Of a stretch of 64,000 nucleotides of DNA, positions 26,026-36,108 are shown in pieces. The DNA is from a virus (lineage: Duplodnaviria; Caudoviricetes): IMG/VR virus record IMGVR_UViG_3300038461_000042, positions 1,503-65,502 of that record. One strand, 5' to 3'. Position 1 is the stretch's first letter, and each line of letters starts with the position of its first letter. The notes beneath the pieces are model-generated. The model saw nothing but the letters and a program-made list of their open reading frames with translations, did no database searches and was not told the origin of the DNA. Both the position numbers and the translations under genes were made by a program.

Positions 26026-26158
26026 ATATGAAGAAATTAATTAGGGTCGTTTCAATCACCCTCTTGCTTGGAGGGTTTGTTATTATTGGATTGACGGTGA
26101 ACTGGTGGGCGGTATTGGGACTTGCCATGGTTATATTTGGCGCGTCAATGGGTATTCG

Positions 26159-26329
26159 ATGATTTACATCTTTAGCGTAGTATTTTTCATCATTGGCGTT
26201 GCCGTTGGGTTAATGTTTTCGCTATGGGTGTTTAGCAAGATGGCGGTAATGGGAAGGTTGTTATTCAAAGCAGATGGAGAGTGGGTTGGGGAAAAAGGAG
26301 CCATAGCAGAAGTTAAGGGGTTAAAATGA
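26159..26329 (+). CDS. Small membrane protein
   Basis: MIYIFSVVFFIIG… TM helix; ATGA overlap with terS. Confidence 0.45.
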   Translation: MIYIFSVVFFIIGVAVGLMFSLWVFSKMAVMGRLLFKADGEWVGEKGAIAEVKGLK

Positions 26330-26877
26330 CCGACCAAAGAAGGACGTTGATGAAGGCGGCGGCCTTTCCAGGGGAGTTGCACCAAGAAGCCTTTGCAATC
26401 TGGTACAAATTAGAAAAACCAACTCTTAAGCAGGTTGCAAGTCTATTACAAGAACAACGCGGAGAGAAAACTTCTCCGACCGTAAGAACACTCCGGCTTT
26501 GGCAACATGACGATTCCTGGGACGATCACGCCGATGCCCTGGATGCACAATCTGAGCAAGCGGGGGATATGGAGATTATAAGACAACGGCAGGGCATCAT
26601 ACAAAAGATGGCTACCGTAGGTGCAGAACTGGTAGACATGGGGATGGGCTACTTGAAAGAACATGGCATCGAAAACTCTGCCGATGCAATCAGGGCTATT
26701 GGAAAAGGTGCTGAGTTACAAGACAAGTTGCTCGGTTGGGCTGCCTACTTTGCAGAATTAAGTACCGCAACCAATGAGGAATTGGAAAAGAAACTGAAAC
26801 ACTTCATGGGCGAAGAACCAATTGAGGCCACGGTTGTAGATGCAACAGAACAAGACGATTCGGAAAGACCTGAGTGA
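26326..26877 (+). CDS. terS: Terminase small subunit
   Basis: N-terminal HTH ending TLRLWQHDDSW, helical C-terminus; directly upstream of terL. Confidence 0.7.
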   Translation: MTDQRRTLMKAAAFPGELHQEAFAIWYKLEKPTLKQVASLLQEQRGEKTSPTVRTLRLWQHDDSWDDHADALDAQSEQAGDMEIIRQRQGIIQKMATVGAELVDMGMGYLKEHGIENSADAIRAIGKGAELQDKLLGWAAYFAELSTATNEELEKKLKHFMGEEPIEATVVDATEQDDSERPE

Positions 26878-28411
26878 TAAGGATAAGAGAGAATTGCTTG
26901 CCTTGCTTACTGAGATGAGGGCAAGGAACCTTGACATACCCAAAATAGACAAAGCCAATATTGCCTGGTCTGATAAATGGAATGTTGATGAGAACGGCTT
27001 CTTTCGCAGGAATGGGGCGGGAAAGCCTTATGACCCAGCCGGGGAACAATTAAGTTTCATAAATGCGCCGGGAGTTTTTGTCGCAATGCAAGGGGGGCGA
27101 GGTTCTGGAAAGACGAGCGCAGGGGCGCAAAAAGCACTTCGCAAGATTCGTGAAGGACGGACGGGGATAGTCGTTAATCCAGACCTGGAAAACTTTAAGA
27201 CCTCGACTTGGCCGGAACTTAGAAGCTGGATACCCTGGCAGATGGTCATCCCTAAACACAGAGTAAGAAGGTCGGAGGCATGGGACGTAACGCGTCCATT
27301 TTCCATCGTGTTTATAAATGGGGCGGTTTTATATTGTCGTGGACTTCGCGACCCAGAGTCGGGGCGTGGGCATAATGTAAACTGGCTCTGGTATGATGAG
27401 GCGCGGCGCGATAAGACCGGACTGGCCTGGAAGAATGCTATCGCCGGAGTCCGCGTTGGAACCATGACACAGAGATTTTTGACTACCACTCCAGCAGGGA
27501 GAGACTCATGGATAGCCGCCCTATTCGACCGGAAAGAAATACCACAGGAAGTCTACGACCTTTTGAAAGACATTCCCGACATGCAGGGGCGCGAGTTGGT
27601 TGAGTCATTCCATGTTTCTCTGGAGGAGAACCGCAAGAACCTTGACCCCATATTTTATGCAACCCTTGTTTCGTCCTTTCCATCTGGTTATTTGAGGCAA
27701 CGTGAAATTGAAGGTATTGCCGCCAACGAGGAAGGTTCTCTGGGGGATAGGACATGGTTTACCCATAATCCAACTACTGGGGTATCGCACATCTTAGAAA
27801 AGGCTCCCGAATGGAGAGGGCGGATTCGATATTATGACCTCGCCGCCTCCGAGAAGAAAGTTGGTACTGACCCGGACGAAACAATAGGCGGTTTGGTTTC
27901 TTATGATGATAAAAAGGAAAACTTCTGCATCGAAGATCAAACCGGAGGACATTGGTTGTGGGATCAAATTCTTGAAAACATCAGAAATATCGCTATGATA
28001 GATGGACAACAAGTACCCATCTATATCGAGCAGGAACCCGCCTCGGGTGGTAAGAACCAAGTGGCCGCTATTGCCAATTTCTTAAAGCCGTTTGGGTTTA
28101 CCGTGAGAGCGCACGACCCCAAGAAGGATGGAGATAGAGTAGAAGCGGCTAATCACTGGTTCGCGGAGGCAGCGCAGGGACATTGGTGGGTGGTTCGTGG
28201 AAAATGGAATGACCCATTTTTTGGGCAACTTGATGTCTTTCCAGAAAAGTCGGCGCACGACGATAGGATTACTGATACAACTGGCGCTCGCCTATCTATC
28301 GCCCCTATTAGGAAATGGAGTTCCATAAAGTTCATGCACATTGGGCAGAAGATGGAACCAAATAAGGAAGAAGAAACTAAGATTGGAAGTTGGGGAAAGA
28401 GTCCGAGTTGA
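26840..28411 (+). CDS. terL: Terminase large subunit
   Basis: Walker A GGRGSGKT, Walker B LWYDEA, TTTP, and nuclease domain YDLA…EQEP…HDDRITD. Confidence 0.93.
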   Translation: MQQNKTIRKDLSDKDKRELLALLTEMRARNLDIPKIDKANIAWSDKWNVDENGFFRRNGAGKPYDPAGEQLSFINAPGVFVAMQGGRGSGKTSAGAQKALRKIREGRTGIVVNPDLENFKTSTWPELRSWIPWQMVIPKHRVRRSEAWDVTRPFSIVFINGAVLYCRGLRDPESGRGHNVNWLWYDEARRDKTGLAWKNAIAGVRVGTMTQRFLTTTPAGRDSWIAALFDRKEIPQEVYDLLKDIPDMQGRELVESFHVSLEENRKNLDPIFYATLVSSFPSGYLRQREIEGIAANEEGSLGDRTWFTHNPTTGVSHILEKAPEWRGRIRYYDLAASEKKVGTDPDETIGGLVSYDDKKENFCIEDQTGGHWLWDQILENIRNIAMIDGQQVPIYIEQEPASGGKNQVAAIANFLKPFGFTVRAHDPKKDGDRVEAANHWFAEAAQGHWWVVRGKWNDPFFGQLDVFPEKSAHDDRITDTTGARLSIAPIRKWSSIKFMHIGQKMEPNKEEETKIGSWGKSPS

Positions 28412-28577
28412 ATCGGAAACTCCCCTGGATTCATGGTGTAGAATTCACATGCCAAGGGAGTTTAGGTTGGGTGGTCTACCACCATCGAAAGGAGGGAAGA
28501 GAAACCGACTTCTACGAATATTATATCATAAACTCACACTTACGCAATTCCATCTTGACATCTTATAATTGATAGCA

Positions 28578-30578
28578 ATGGCTACTAAAACCCGCGTAAA
28601 TACAAAACAACTTCAACCGACTGACTTAATTGCTCAAACCGTATTGCCCGGACAGCGTTCTTCTCCGGGGGGAAATTTACTTAATTTCCTTTTTCGTGCA
28701 GTTCCTGCATGGGGGTCTCCGAATTGGATGGAGGCAACCGTCTGGCGAAACTTCGTTATGTCTGTTCCTATTGCGGTTGTGTGTAGAAATACCGCCATTT
28801 CACAACTCACTGCTCTGGATTGGAAGGTTGTAGCAAGAGACTCCAATAAAACCGATGAATTGAAATCCAAAATAAAATACTCAACGAAATTACTGGATAA
28901 CGAGGGGATGTATGATGGTCTTGATTTCATCGGACGACTAGAATGGTTGGGAAAAGATTTACTCGATCTTCCATTCGGCATGGCCGCCGAACTCGGGCGC
29001 GAAAATGATGACCCGAATGGTAAGGTGGTCTGGATTCGCTGCTTGGATGCGGGAACCCTGATGCCTTCACTAAATGCAGACTTCCCGGTCATCCAACGCG
29101 TACCCAATATGCCAATCAGCCCAATTGCCTTCCCTGCCTATACAGTAACGCGCCAGTACATGAGTCCGCGTTCAGATATATGGCGTGAAGGCTGGGGAAT
29201 GGCTCCGCCCGAACAAATTTACCTTTCCTTTGAGTTGATGAAACGTGGCGATAAGTATTATGCTGAACTATTATCAAATACTCCCCAAGTTGGTATCTTA
29301 GACCTTGGAGATACCACCAAGGAAACCGCCCAGGAGTGGATGAAAGAGGCACAAGACTTATTTGCGGGAACCGACCCGATGAAGATTCCGGTTCTCTATG
29401 AACACACAACAAAGGTTGAATGGATTCCGTTCCAGATGAACCCCAATGAATTGATGTTTGACCGGGTGACATCAAGATATATCAATCTTATCTGTGCAGG
29501 ATATGGAATGAGTCCATCCGACATTGGGATGGGCGGTTCTTCCAATGGCGGAGAAACCCTTTCGGGGACAATTCGGGATGAGCGTAAAACCAAGAAAACC
29601 ATCCAGGCGGTTCTAAAGAAGAAATTCAAATCCTTCTATGACCATATTCTTCCAGAAGAGCTTGAGTTTGCTTGGATTGATTTCGACTCTGACCAGAATG
29701 TCGCGCAGGGACGCGCAAGACTCGCTAATTCACAGGCCAATGAAATTTTCATCCGCAATCATGTTTTCAGCCCCCAAGAACTACGCGCACAGGCTCTCGT
29801 GGATGGACTTGTTACGGTATCTGTTCCCGAGACATTGGACGAAAAGAACATCGAATGGCCGCAGTCTGGAAATACTACCAAACCCGGTTTGATTGGGGAA
29901 AAAGTATCAGCAGATAATGGCGGGCGCGGGGAAGTTTCATCTGTGCAAGCCTCTCAAGCAGAGGGAATTATTGAACTCAAGAAGCAGGCCGATAAGACCG
30001 TCAAGCAGGTCTTTAATCCTCTTAAGAATTTCATTACTTCCATCAAGGATATGAGTCCCGAACAAGTCGAGGCATGGAAGAAGCATATCGCAGACGCGTT
30101 GTGGTGGAGAGACCCGGAAGCGCACATGCTTGAGGACGTGGAAAAGAGACGCAGGACTATCACGGGCGCGATTAAGACACAAGGTCTTGGAGAAGTCCGA
30201 TTCAACTCGGAAGATGCGCCCAAAGTCCTAGACGTTCTCAGAGAAAAAGCCTATCTTGCCAATCCAGATATTGATTATGTCGCCGCCGAAGAGAAAATCC
30301 GTTCAATAGACTTACTGAATTGCATGGAAAAAGCCTCTAATGAGGCCACCGAAATAGCGCGTTCCATTATGGCGACCACAATTTTCTCAGATTTACTTGA
30401 TGAACTCACACTTGACCCTACGGTTGAAAAAAGTGATAATAAAGCAGTAATTGTTGATTCTGTGGCGAATAAATTTGTCGAAGCTTACCCACAGTTGATG
30501 GAAGCCGCTGAAACCGCAGGTCAACAAATCCTAGAAAAGATACTCGATAAGGAGATTGAAAATGTCAAAGATTCATAA
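28578..30578 (+). CDS. Portal protein with C-terminal extension
   Basis: Follows terL; GWGMAPPE, PQVGILDL and ICAGYGMSPSDIG are HK97-portal-like motifs. Confidence 0.8.
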   Translation: MATKTRVNTKQLQPTDLIAQTVLPGQRSSPGGNLLNFLFRAVPAWGSPNWMEATVWRNFVMSVPIAVVCRNTAISQLTALDWKVVARDSNKTDELKSKIKYSTKLLDNEGMYDGLDFIGRLEWLGKDLLDLPFGMAAELGRENDDPNGKVVWIRCLDAGTLMPSLNADFPVIQRVPNMPISPIAFPAYTVTRQYMSPRSDIWREGWGMAPPEQIYLSFELMKRGDKYYAELLSNTPQVGILDLGDTTKETAQEWMKEAQDLFAGTDPMKIPVLYEHTTKVEWIPFQMNPNELMFDRVTSRYINLICAGYGMSPSDIGMGGSSNGGETLSGTIRDERKTKKTIQAVLKKKFKSFYDHILPEELEFAWIDFDSDQNVAQGRARLANSQANEIFIRNHVFSPQELRAQALVDGLVTVSVPETLDEKNIEWPQSGNTTKPGLIGEKVSADNGGRGEVSSVQASQAEGIIELKKQADKTVKQVFNPLKNFITSIKDMSPEQVEAWKKHIADALWWRDPEAHMLEDVEKRRRTITGAIKTQGLGEVRFNSEDAPKVLDVLREKAYLANPDIDYVAAEEKIRSIDLLNCMEKASNEATEIARSIMATTIFSDLLDELTLDPTVEKSDNKAVIVDSVANKFVEAYPQLMEAAETAGQQILEKILDKEIENVKDS

Positions 30579-30759
30579 TATGGTTAGGAACGTTGTCCCC
30601 GGAATGGAAGATGTTGATATTCCAGAAGGATGGAAGTTACACCAAACTATCTTTCTTGGATTGGTAAAAGGACAAGGCGCGCCAGACATTCCACAGGTTT
30701 TGTATGTTCTGGTTCCCGAAGAAGTGAAAGTGAGTCGCCCACGCAAGCCTAAGGCATGA
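30562..30759 (+). CDS. Hypothetical protein
   Basis: AAGGAG RBS; between portal and protease. Confidence 0.5.
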   Translation: MSKIHNMVRNVVPGMEDVDIPEGWKLHQTIFLGLVKGQGAPDIPQVLYVLVPEEVKVSRPRKPKA

Positions 30760-31064
30760 GCGATATACAACTAGTTTTATTGATGCTGATCGGCAAGGTC
30801 TGCATCTACACAATCCAGAAGTTCCCGCTGGTTCAGAAGATTAAGATGCCCTTTATGAACCAGCTTTTTTTATGTAACTTCTGCTTAGGAGTTTGGGTTT
30901 ACTTCTTTCTTGCCGCAGTTTTTCATGTTGCCCTGTTCAAATCGGTGTTTTACTTCCCGGTTATCAGTGAACTGGCAACGGGAGCGATAATCTCGCTCGT
31001 GGTCTATCTGTTTTCGATAGGTTTTCAGGAAGTCTTTGGAACATTGGTTGTCGGAGATAAGTAA
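30756..31064 (+). CDS. DUF1360-like membrane protein (CxxC)
   Basis: LFLCNFCLGVWV motif; three TM segments. Confidence 0.6.
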   Translation: MSDIQLVLLMLIGKVCIYTIQKFPLVQKIKMPFMNQLFLCNFCLGVWVYFFLAAVFHVALFKSVFYFPVISELATGAIISLVVYLFSIGFQEVFGTLVVGDK

Positions 31065-33031
31065 TGCCCTTTAGTGCCATGCCAGAATCCTCGCCCGCGT
31101 TCAAGTTGTGGGAAAAAATCCATGACGCTTCCAAGAAAACGGGTGACAGTGACGAGGTGGCCGCCAAGAAAGCCTGGTCTGGCATTCAATCGGCTGGATT
31201 CAAAAAGGTGAATGACAAGTGGATCAAGGAAAATGCCCTTGTCGAGTTCTCCATGGCAATCACTTCTGGCGCGCCGATGCGCTGGAAGATGACCGCCTCT
31301 GACACCAAAAAGGATTTATACGATGAGAGGATGACCTTACCTCTCTACAAGTCCTTCATCTCGAACATTGAAAATAAAATACCCGTTCCCGAAGCCTTCA
31401 AAGGTCTGGTTGAATCAGACTATTGGAAGGGTGGGATGCCCTATGTCTCCATTTCACACTATCCAGACCTGAATGGAGAGGCGGTTCCGGGACTTCCTGA
31501 GGCAGTTTATACCGATGGCGATGCCCTAAAGTCAAAAGGCAAGTTTTTTGACACAAAACTGGGCAGAAGTTGCTATAAAGCCCTCTCAGAGGATGAAAAT
31601 ACTCCCGAAGATAAGAAAATTCGGGTTTCGATAGCATTTTTAGACCTTGCCCACCAACATGGGGATGGTCCGGTGTTCAAAAGACAGTCTTTAACCGATT
31701 CTTGCCCTCAATGTGAGGATGGAGTTGGAGATAAGAAGTATTTGGACGGATATTTGGTTCATTTTGCCCTCACCAGAGTACCAATCAATCAAAGGGCAAG
31801 TGTGGAGGTAGATAAATCTATGGCTAAAATCACACGCAAGCAGGATGCCGCCACTATCATTGACCCCGAACTGGCCGATGAACTGGAACGAAAGGCTATG
31901 CTGGTGGGGAAGTCGGAGGCATTGGTAGAGTTTTCAGACACGGAAGATGAAGAAGTACGAGACGTATCGGAATCTCCCGAACAGCCAGAAGGATTTATTG
32001 AGGCAACCGAAATTCAGGATTACCCCGAAGTTCCCCTAGAAGAGAAGGCTGACCAAGAAAAGAATAAGTCCGCACAAAAGACCCGTGCATCCAAGTATGG
32101 TATTGCCATTCTCGGACAGGGGCACGTTACTAAGCCCGGAAAATGGTCGAGTGTCCCTGATAGTAAATGGGGCGACCCGGTAAACTATCGCTATCCGATG
32201 CCAGATAAAGCCCACGCCGCCAATGCCGCTTCCCGCTTTGGGCAGGAGAAGGGTTCTTATCGCGGTAAAGGCGTTGTTGGAAAACGTATTGAACGCGGAG
32301 AAAAGTCCGCAGGCGTTGAAGCCAAACAGAAAGAAGGTAAAGAAGTGGAAAAATCAAGCGTACTCGAAGTTGCTCCGCAGGTTCGCGACGACGACCCATC
32401 TCACACTCAGGACATGCCTCCGCTGGAATTGAATCCGAAACTATGGCAGCGCGGAACCGCCCAAGAGACTTTGGATGCCATGTTCGCGGAACTAAACGGC
32501 CTCTTGGATACCATCTACAACCGTCCAGAACTGGCAAGCGCCGCGAAGAGTGAGGCCGCACATAAGGCTACCGACCTGTTGAAGTCGTATGTGACGGTCA
32601 AGTCGCAGGCCCTCGCCGACCCAATTTCAAACCTCGTCAATGCAATGCTTTCAGCAAAATCCATGACTGGCACGGATGAAGAAAAATTAACTTCCATCCA
32701 GCCCGCCCTGAATGCACTTGGTGAGGTCATCAAGGCCGAGGTCGCTCCGGTAAAACCCGTTGACCCGAACGATGCCATTGCACAACTATCGCAGAAACTT
32801 GATACAGCCATGGCGAAGATTGACCAGTATCAAAACGATATGGCAATCCTACGGTCACAGGTTGCGCAGCCTCGCACGAACAATCCGGTTACTACCGTTC
32901 CGAAACCACGTTCCCTCAATCCTCTCGAGGTAAGGAACCTGGTTCAAAAGGCGCAGGTTCAGCCCCAGGCAAAGAAATCCAGCCTGGCTAATATTGTCTT
33001 TACGAGGGCAGGACTTCAACCCCCTCAGTAA
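31064..33031 (+). CDS. Prohead protease/scaffold fusion (ChaB-like N-terminus, DUF6582-like domain)
   Basis: N-terminal AAKKAWSGIQ…FKKVNDKW; ASDTKKDLYDERMT, SISH, VSIAF and HFALTRVPIN protease-like core; DPVNYRYPMPDKAHAANA; coiled-coil C-terminus; upstream of the capsid gene. Confidence 0.7.
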   Translation: MPFSAMPESSPAFKLWEKIHDASKKTGDSDEVAAKKAWSGIQSAGFKKVNDKWIKENALVEFSMAITSGAPMRWKMTASDTKKDLYDERMTLPLYKSFISNIENKIPVPEAFKGLVESDYWKGGMPYVSISHYPDLNGEAVPGLPEAVYTDGDALKSKGKFFDTKLGRSCYKALSEDENTPEDKKIRVSIAFLDLAHQHGDGPVFKRQSLTDSCPQCEDGVGDKKYLDGYLVHFALTRVPINQRASVEVDKSMAKITRKQDAATIIDPELADELERKAMLVGKSEALVEFSDTEDEEVRDVSESPEQPEGFIEATEIQDYPEVPLEEKADQEKNKSAQKTRASKYGIAILGQGHVTKPGKWSSVPDSKWGDPVNYRYPMPDKAHAANAASRFGQEKGSYRGKGVVGKRIERGEKSAGVEAKQKEGKEVEKSSVLEVAPQVRDDDPSHTQDMPPLELNPKLWQRGTAQETLDAMFAELNGLLDTIYNRPELASAAKSEAAHKATDLLKSYVTVKSQALADPISNLVNAMLSAKSMTGTDEEKLTSIQPALNALGEVIKAEVAPVKPVDPNDAIAQLSQKLDTAMAKIDQYQNDMAILRSQVAQPRTNNPVTTVPKPRSLNPLEVRNLVQKAQVQPQAKKSSLANIVFTRAGLQPPQ

Positions 33032-33036
33032 ATCCC

Positions 33037-33095
33037 CCGGTAAAGCGAGCGTCGGGCGGTAAAGCGAAAGCGTCGTCCGGTCAAGCAAGCGTCGG
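33037..33095 (+). repeat. Three tandem ~19-21-nt units in the capsid leader
   Basis: CCGGTAAAGCGAGCGTCGG / GCGGTAAAGCGAAAGCGTCGT / CCGGTCAAGCAAGCGTCGG. Confidence 0.8.
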
Positions 33096-33123
33096 CATAA
33101 CCTATTCATAAGGAGATTTTGCC

Positions 33124-34305
33124 ATGCCTGAAATTGGCTTAGATGTAGCCACCGGACAACCGACCCCGGTGTCCGATGCAGTTGTACAGCGCGCTACCGA
33201 CCCAATCTGGGGTACCGTTGCTACCCCAGGTGATTTCGCCGCGCAGTTCCCTACCCCCCTCGATCATACCGAAATTCTCGATATGTGCGAGGATATTTCC
33301 CTTTTCCAGAACATTCCCGAAATCCGCACCTCTCTGAAACAAGAGAACTGGCGTGAAATGACCACCCTGGCATTCGTGTCCGGGTCGAACTATATCGCCT
33401 TTGCTGATGGAGGTTGCCCGGAAGAGTATTCTCACGATGGTTCAAACCGCACCGTTGACCTCAAGAACATCGGCGCGAAGAAAAGCCTAACCATCTCGGA
33501 CATCCTGCACTCTCTGGCTTCACAAGCGGCTGGATGGGGTATCACCGCTCTGATGGGCGGATATGCGGCTGGCGAAGGACTTCCTGGTGCCTCTGACGCA
33601 ACAACCTTCACCCGCGCCGAAATCGCCGGATTGAAGGTCAAGGAAATCCGCCTGAGCATGGTGCTCGTGATGAACGCCTATGATAGGCTTTTAGCCGAAG
33701 GTAACGCCACCTCACGTCCGTTGGAGTTCGATGGTATCGAAGCCCTGGTAGTTCCCGCCAATGGCGCGCATACCAACACCGGTTCAAGTGTTTCCGGCAT
33801 GACGGTATCCGGTTCCTTCTCTGCCATCGGCTTCGACCGCTTCTGCTCCGAGACTTGCGCGAAGCCTACCCACGTTTTCGGTCATCCTCAAGCTATTCAA
33901 GAGATGCTGGCCGCTTACTTCCAGTTGGGCTTCCAAGGTTCACAGGTCATCTTTCAGAACGATGGGAATCGTCTCATCCCTGGCTTCAACTTCGCCGGGT
34001 TCGTGAATACCTCCATCGGTCGCCTGACCGTGGTTTCTGATGTGAACTTCGCTCGTACCGATATGGGCAACGGGGCTTTCGCCTCTACGCTGTACGCTCT
34101 CCGTATGCAGCATAACGGCCTACCGTTGGTATACCGGGCGACACAGATACCTCTCAGTCTCGTTGACCTGGTTCCGGGTTGCAGCTCGATTTCCTTCGAG
34201 GTATGGGAAAAGACCGCTTTGGTTGTAAAGCAGTATTGTGCCCAAAGTGCATACCGCTCTGTATTCGCGGGTCGCCAATTTAATGGTTGTACCCAGTTGG
34301 GCTAG
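33124..34305 (+). CDS. Major capsid protein
   Basis: 393 aa after the protease; TAAGGAG RBS; strong C-ending codon bias; EFDGI motif. Confidence 0.8.
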   Translation: MPEIGLDVATGQPTPVSDAVVQRATDPIWGTVATPGDFAAQFPTPLDHTEILDMCEDISLFQNIPEIRTSLKQENWREMTTLAFVSGSNYIAFADGGCPEEYSHDGSNRTVDLKNIGAKKSLTISDILHSLASQAAGWGITALMGGYAAGEGLPGASDATTFTRAEIAGLKVKEIRLSMVLVMNAYDRLLAEGNATSRPLEFDGIEALVVPANGAHTNTGSSVSGMTVSGSFSAIGFDRFCSETCAKPTHVFGHPQAIQEMLAAYFQLGFQGSQVIFQNDGNRLIPGFNFAGFVNTSIGRLTVVSDVNFARTDMGNGAFASTLYALRMQHNGLPLVYRATQIPLSLVDLVPGCSSISFEVWEKTALVVKQYCAQSAYRSVFAGRQFNGCTQLG

Positions 34306-34308
34306 ACC

Positions 34309-34361
34309 TTGACGCCCAGTAAAAACCGATATATACTAGCCTCTGTCACAGGAGGCTAGTA
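34309..34361 (+). promoter_or_regulatory. Sigma70 promoter overlapped by an RBS-sequestering hairpin
   Basis: TTGACG-17-TATACT; TACTAGCCTCT-gtcacag-GAGGCTAGTA hairpin covering AGGAGG. Confidence 0.65.
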
Positions 34362-34366
34362 TTATT

Positions 34367-35347
34367 ATGGGCAATGATAGACATGTTTTAGTAAGTGCAA
34401 TTTGCCAGTATTGCCATAAACAGTTTATGGCTAGGAAAGAAAGAGTGGATAAGGGGCTGGGGAAATTTTGTAGTAAGGATTGTTATTACGCTTTTGAAAA
34501 AAAAGAGGGGAAAAACGTTCATGGAATAGAACATGCTCGGCCCCATTTTAGTAAATCAGAACATGCTTGGAAAATGTACTGGATTTCAGATGATGGCAAA
34601 CAACATTCCAAGCCCTATGCGCGTTGGTTTTGGGAAACGCATTATGGGGAAATTCCAAAGGGATACAGGGCTTCTTATAAAGATCAGAATCGCCTAAACC
34701 TATCGCCCGATAATATTATCTTGCTGTCCCCGGTGGAATTTGGGGAACGCCTGAGCAAAATAGAAAAAGGACATGTTTTCTCAGACGAAACACGTAAAAA
34801 AATGTCTTCCTCTGCCAAGATAAAACATTTCTCAGAAGAACATCGGAAACACATTGGCGAAGGAACAAAGCGTAGATGGGAAATGGGTGATTTTGATAAA
34901 CCAGAGATTCGGGCTATCTATTCTGCTCAGGGAAAATCAACCAAAGGAAGTAAAAGAACAGAAGAACAAAAAACTGCTTTATCTAAAAAACTAAAAGGAA
35001 GAGTTTTTTCACAAGAGCATATTGACAATATGGTTAAATCTGCTAGGCGCGGAGATAAATGTAACTTTTGGAGCGGAGGACATCACGATTCTTACAATAA
35101 TCAATTCACTTATACCCTGAAACGAAAAATTCGTAGTAGGGACAATCATATTTGTCAGAGTTGCGGGGAGAATGTATATAGAAGTAAGCGCGGAAATGTA
35201 CATCATATTAGTGGTAGTAAACAGGATTGTTCAGATGAAAATTTGATTTTATTATGTGCATCTTGCCACAGTGCGGTTCATGGAAGAAATAAACTTACCT
35301 CACCAAAGATAGAAGAGTTAAAAGCAAGATTGCAAAAAATAAAGTAA
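34367..35347 (+). CDS. Free-standing homing endonuclease (HNH plus NUMOD3 repeats)
   Basis: KFCSKDC, degenerate HNH_3, FSDETRKKMS-type NUMOD3 repeats, C-terminal RDNHICQSCG…VHHI…NLILLCASCH; AT-rich. Confidence 0.85.
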   Translation: MGNDRHVLVSAICQYCHKQFMARKERVDKGLGKFCSKDCYYAFEKKEGKNVHGIEHARPHFSKSEHAWKMYWISDDGKQHSKPYARWFWETHYGEIPKGYRASYKDQNRLNLSPDNIILLSPVEFGERLSKIEKGHVFSDETRKKMSSSAKIKHFSEEHRKHIGEGTKRRWEMGDFDKPEIRAIYSAQGKSTKGSKRTEEQKTALSKKLKGRVFSQEHIDNMVKSARRGDKCNFWSGGHHDSYNNQFTYTLKRKIRSRDNHICQSCGENVYRSKRGNVHHISGSKQDCSDENLILLCASCHSAVHGRNKLTSPKIEELKARLQKIK

Positions 35348-35406
35348 CTTCCCCCTTCCAATTATGTTCTCCTATCTTGTACAATTATGTACAGGAGAAC
35401 ATAAAT

Positions 35407-35649
35407 ATGAACGACAACGATACGCGTAATTTCTACCTCGCCGCCGCCTACATGACTTTAGGGGCTAAATATATTGAGATGACAATAGATGATGTGAATA
35501 GTCCGGGGAGAAAGACGTTTCACTTCTCGGGGGAGATAGACTTCACACAAGTCAAGAAAGACTTCGCCAATTGTACGTTAATGATAAACGCATCTCGTTA
35601 CGCGGACTGTATTCGTAATCTAAAGTCTATTTTACATGGAAGTGAATGA
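35407..35649 (+). CDS. DUF5659-like protein
   Basis: TRNFYLAAAY…KTFHF…IRNLKSIL; AGGAG RBS. Confidence 0.6.
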   Translation: MNDNDTRNFYLAAAYMTLGAKYIEMTIDDVNSPGRKTFHFSGEIDFTQVKKDFANCTLMINASRYADCIRNLKSILHGSE

Positions 35650-35661
35650 AAGGAAAATATA

Positions 35662-36108
35662 ATGAATAAATATGATTGTACGAATGATGTGAATATGCAT
35701 AAGCGTTTTGTGAAACGTTATATGGATAAAGTTTCTTTGAAACTTGTCTATCGTTCTATGGAACATGATGCAAGTAAATTGGAAGAACCAGAAAAATCCA
35801 TGTTTGATGTTTATACTCCAAAACTCAAAGAATTAGAATTTGGAAGCGATGAATATAAGATAGCGTTGTCTGAAATGGGGGTGGCACTTAAGCATCATTA
35901 TGATAATAACCGTCACCATCCCGAACATTTTGAAAACTGCATAGATGGTATGGATTTAATTGACCTAGTGGAAATGGTAAGCGATTGGAATGCCGCTGCT
36001 TTTTTGAGGCAAGAATCGCCCAACTTGGAATATTTAGCCGAAAGATTTCATCTTTCTGGTCAATTAAAAAATATTATTGCCAACACCTTAAAAATACTAG
36101 ATGAATAG
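35662..36108 (+). CDS. DUF5662-like HD-fold protein
   Basis: HDASKL, HHYDNNRHHPEHF and EMVSDW.AA motifs. Confidence 0.75.
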   Translation: MNKYDCTNDVNMHKRFVKRYMDKVSLKLVYRSMEHDASKLEEPEKSMFDVYTPKLKELEFGSDEYKIALSEMGVALKHHYDNNRHHPEHFENCIDGMDLIDLVEMVSDWNAAAFLRQESPNLEYLAERFHLSGQLKNIIANTLKILDE

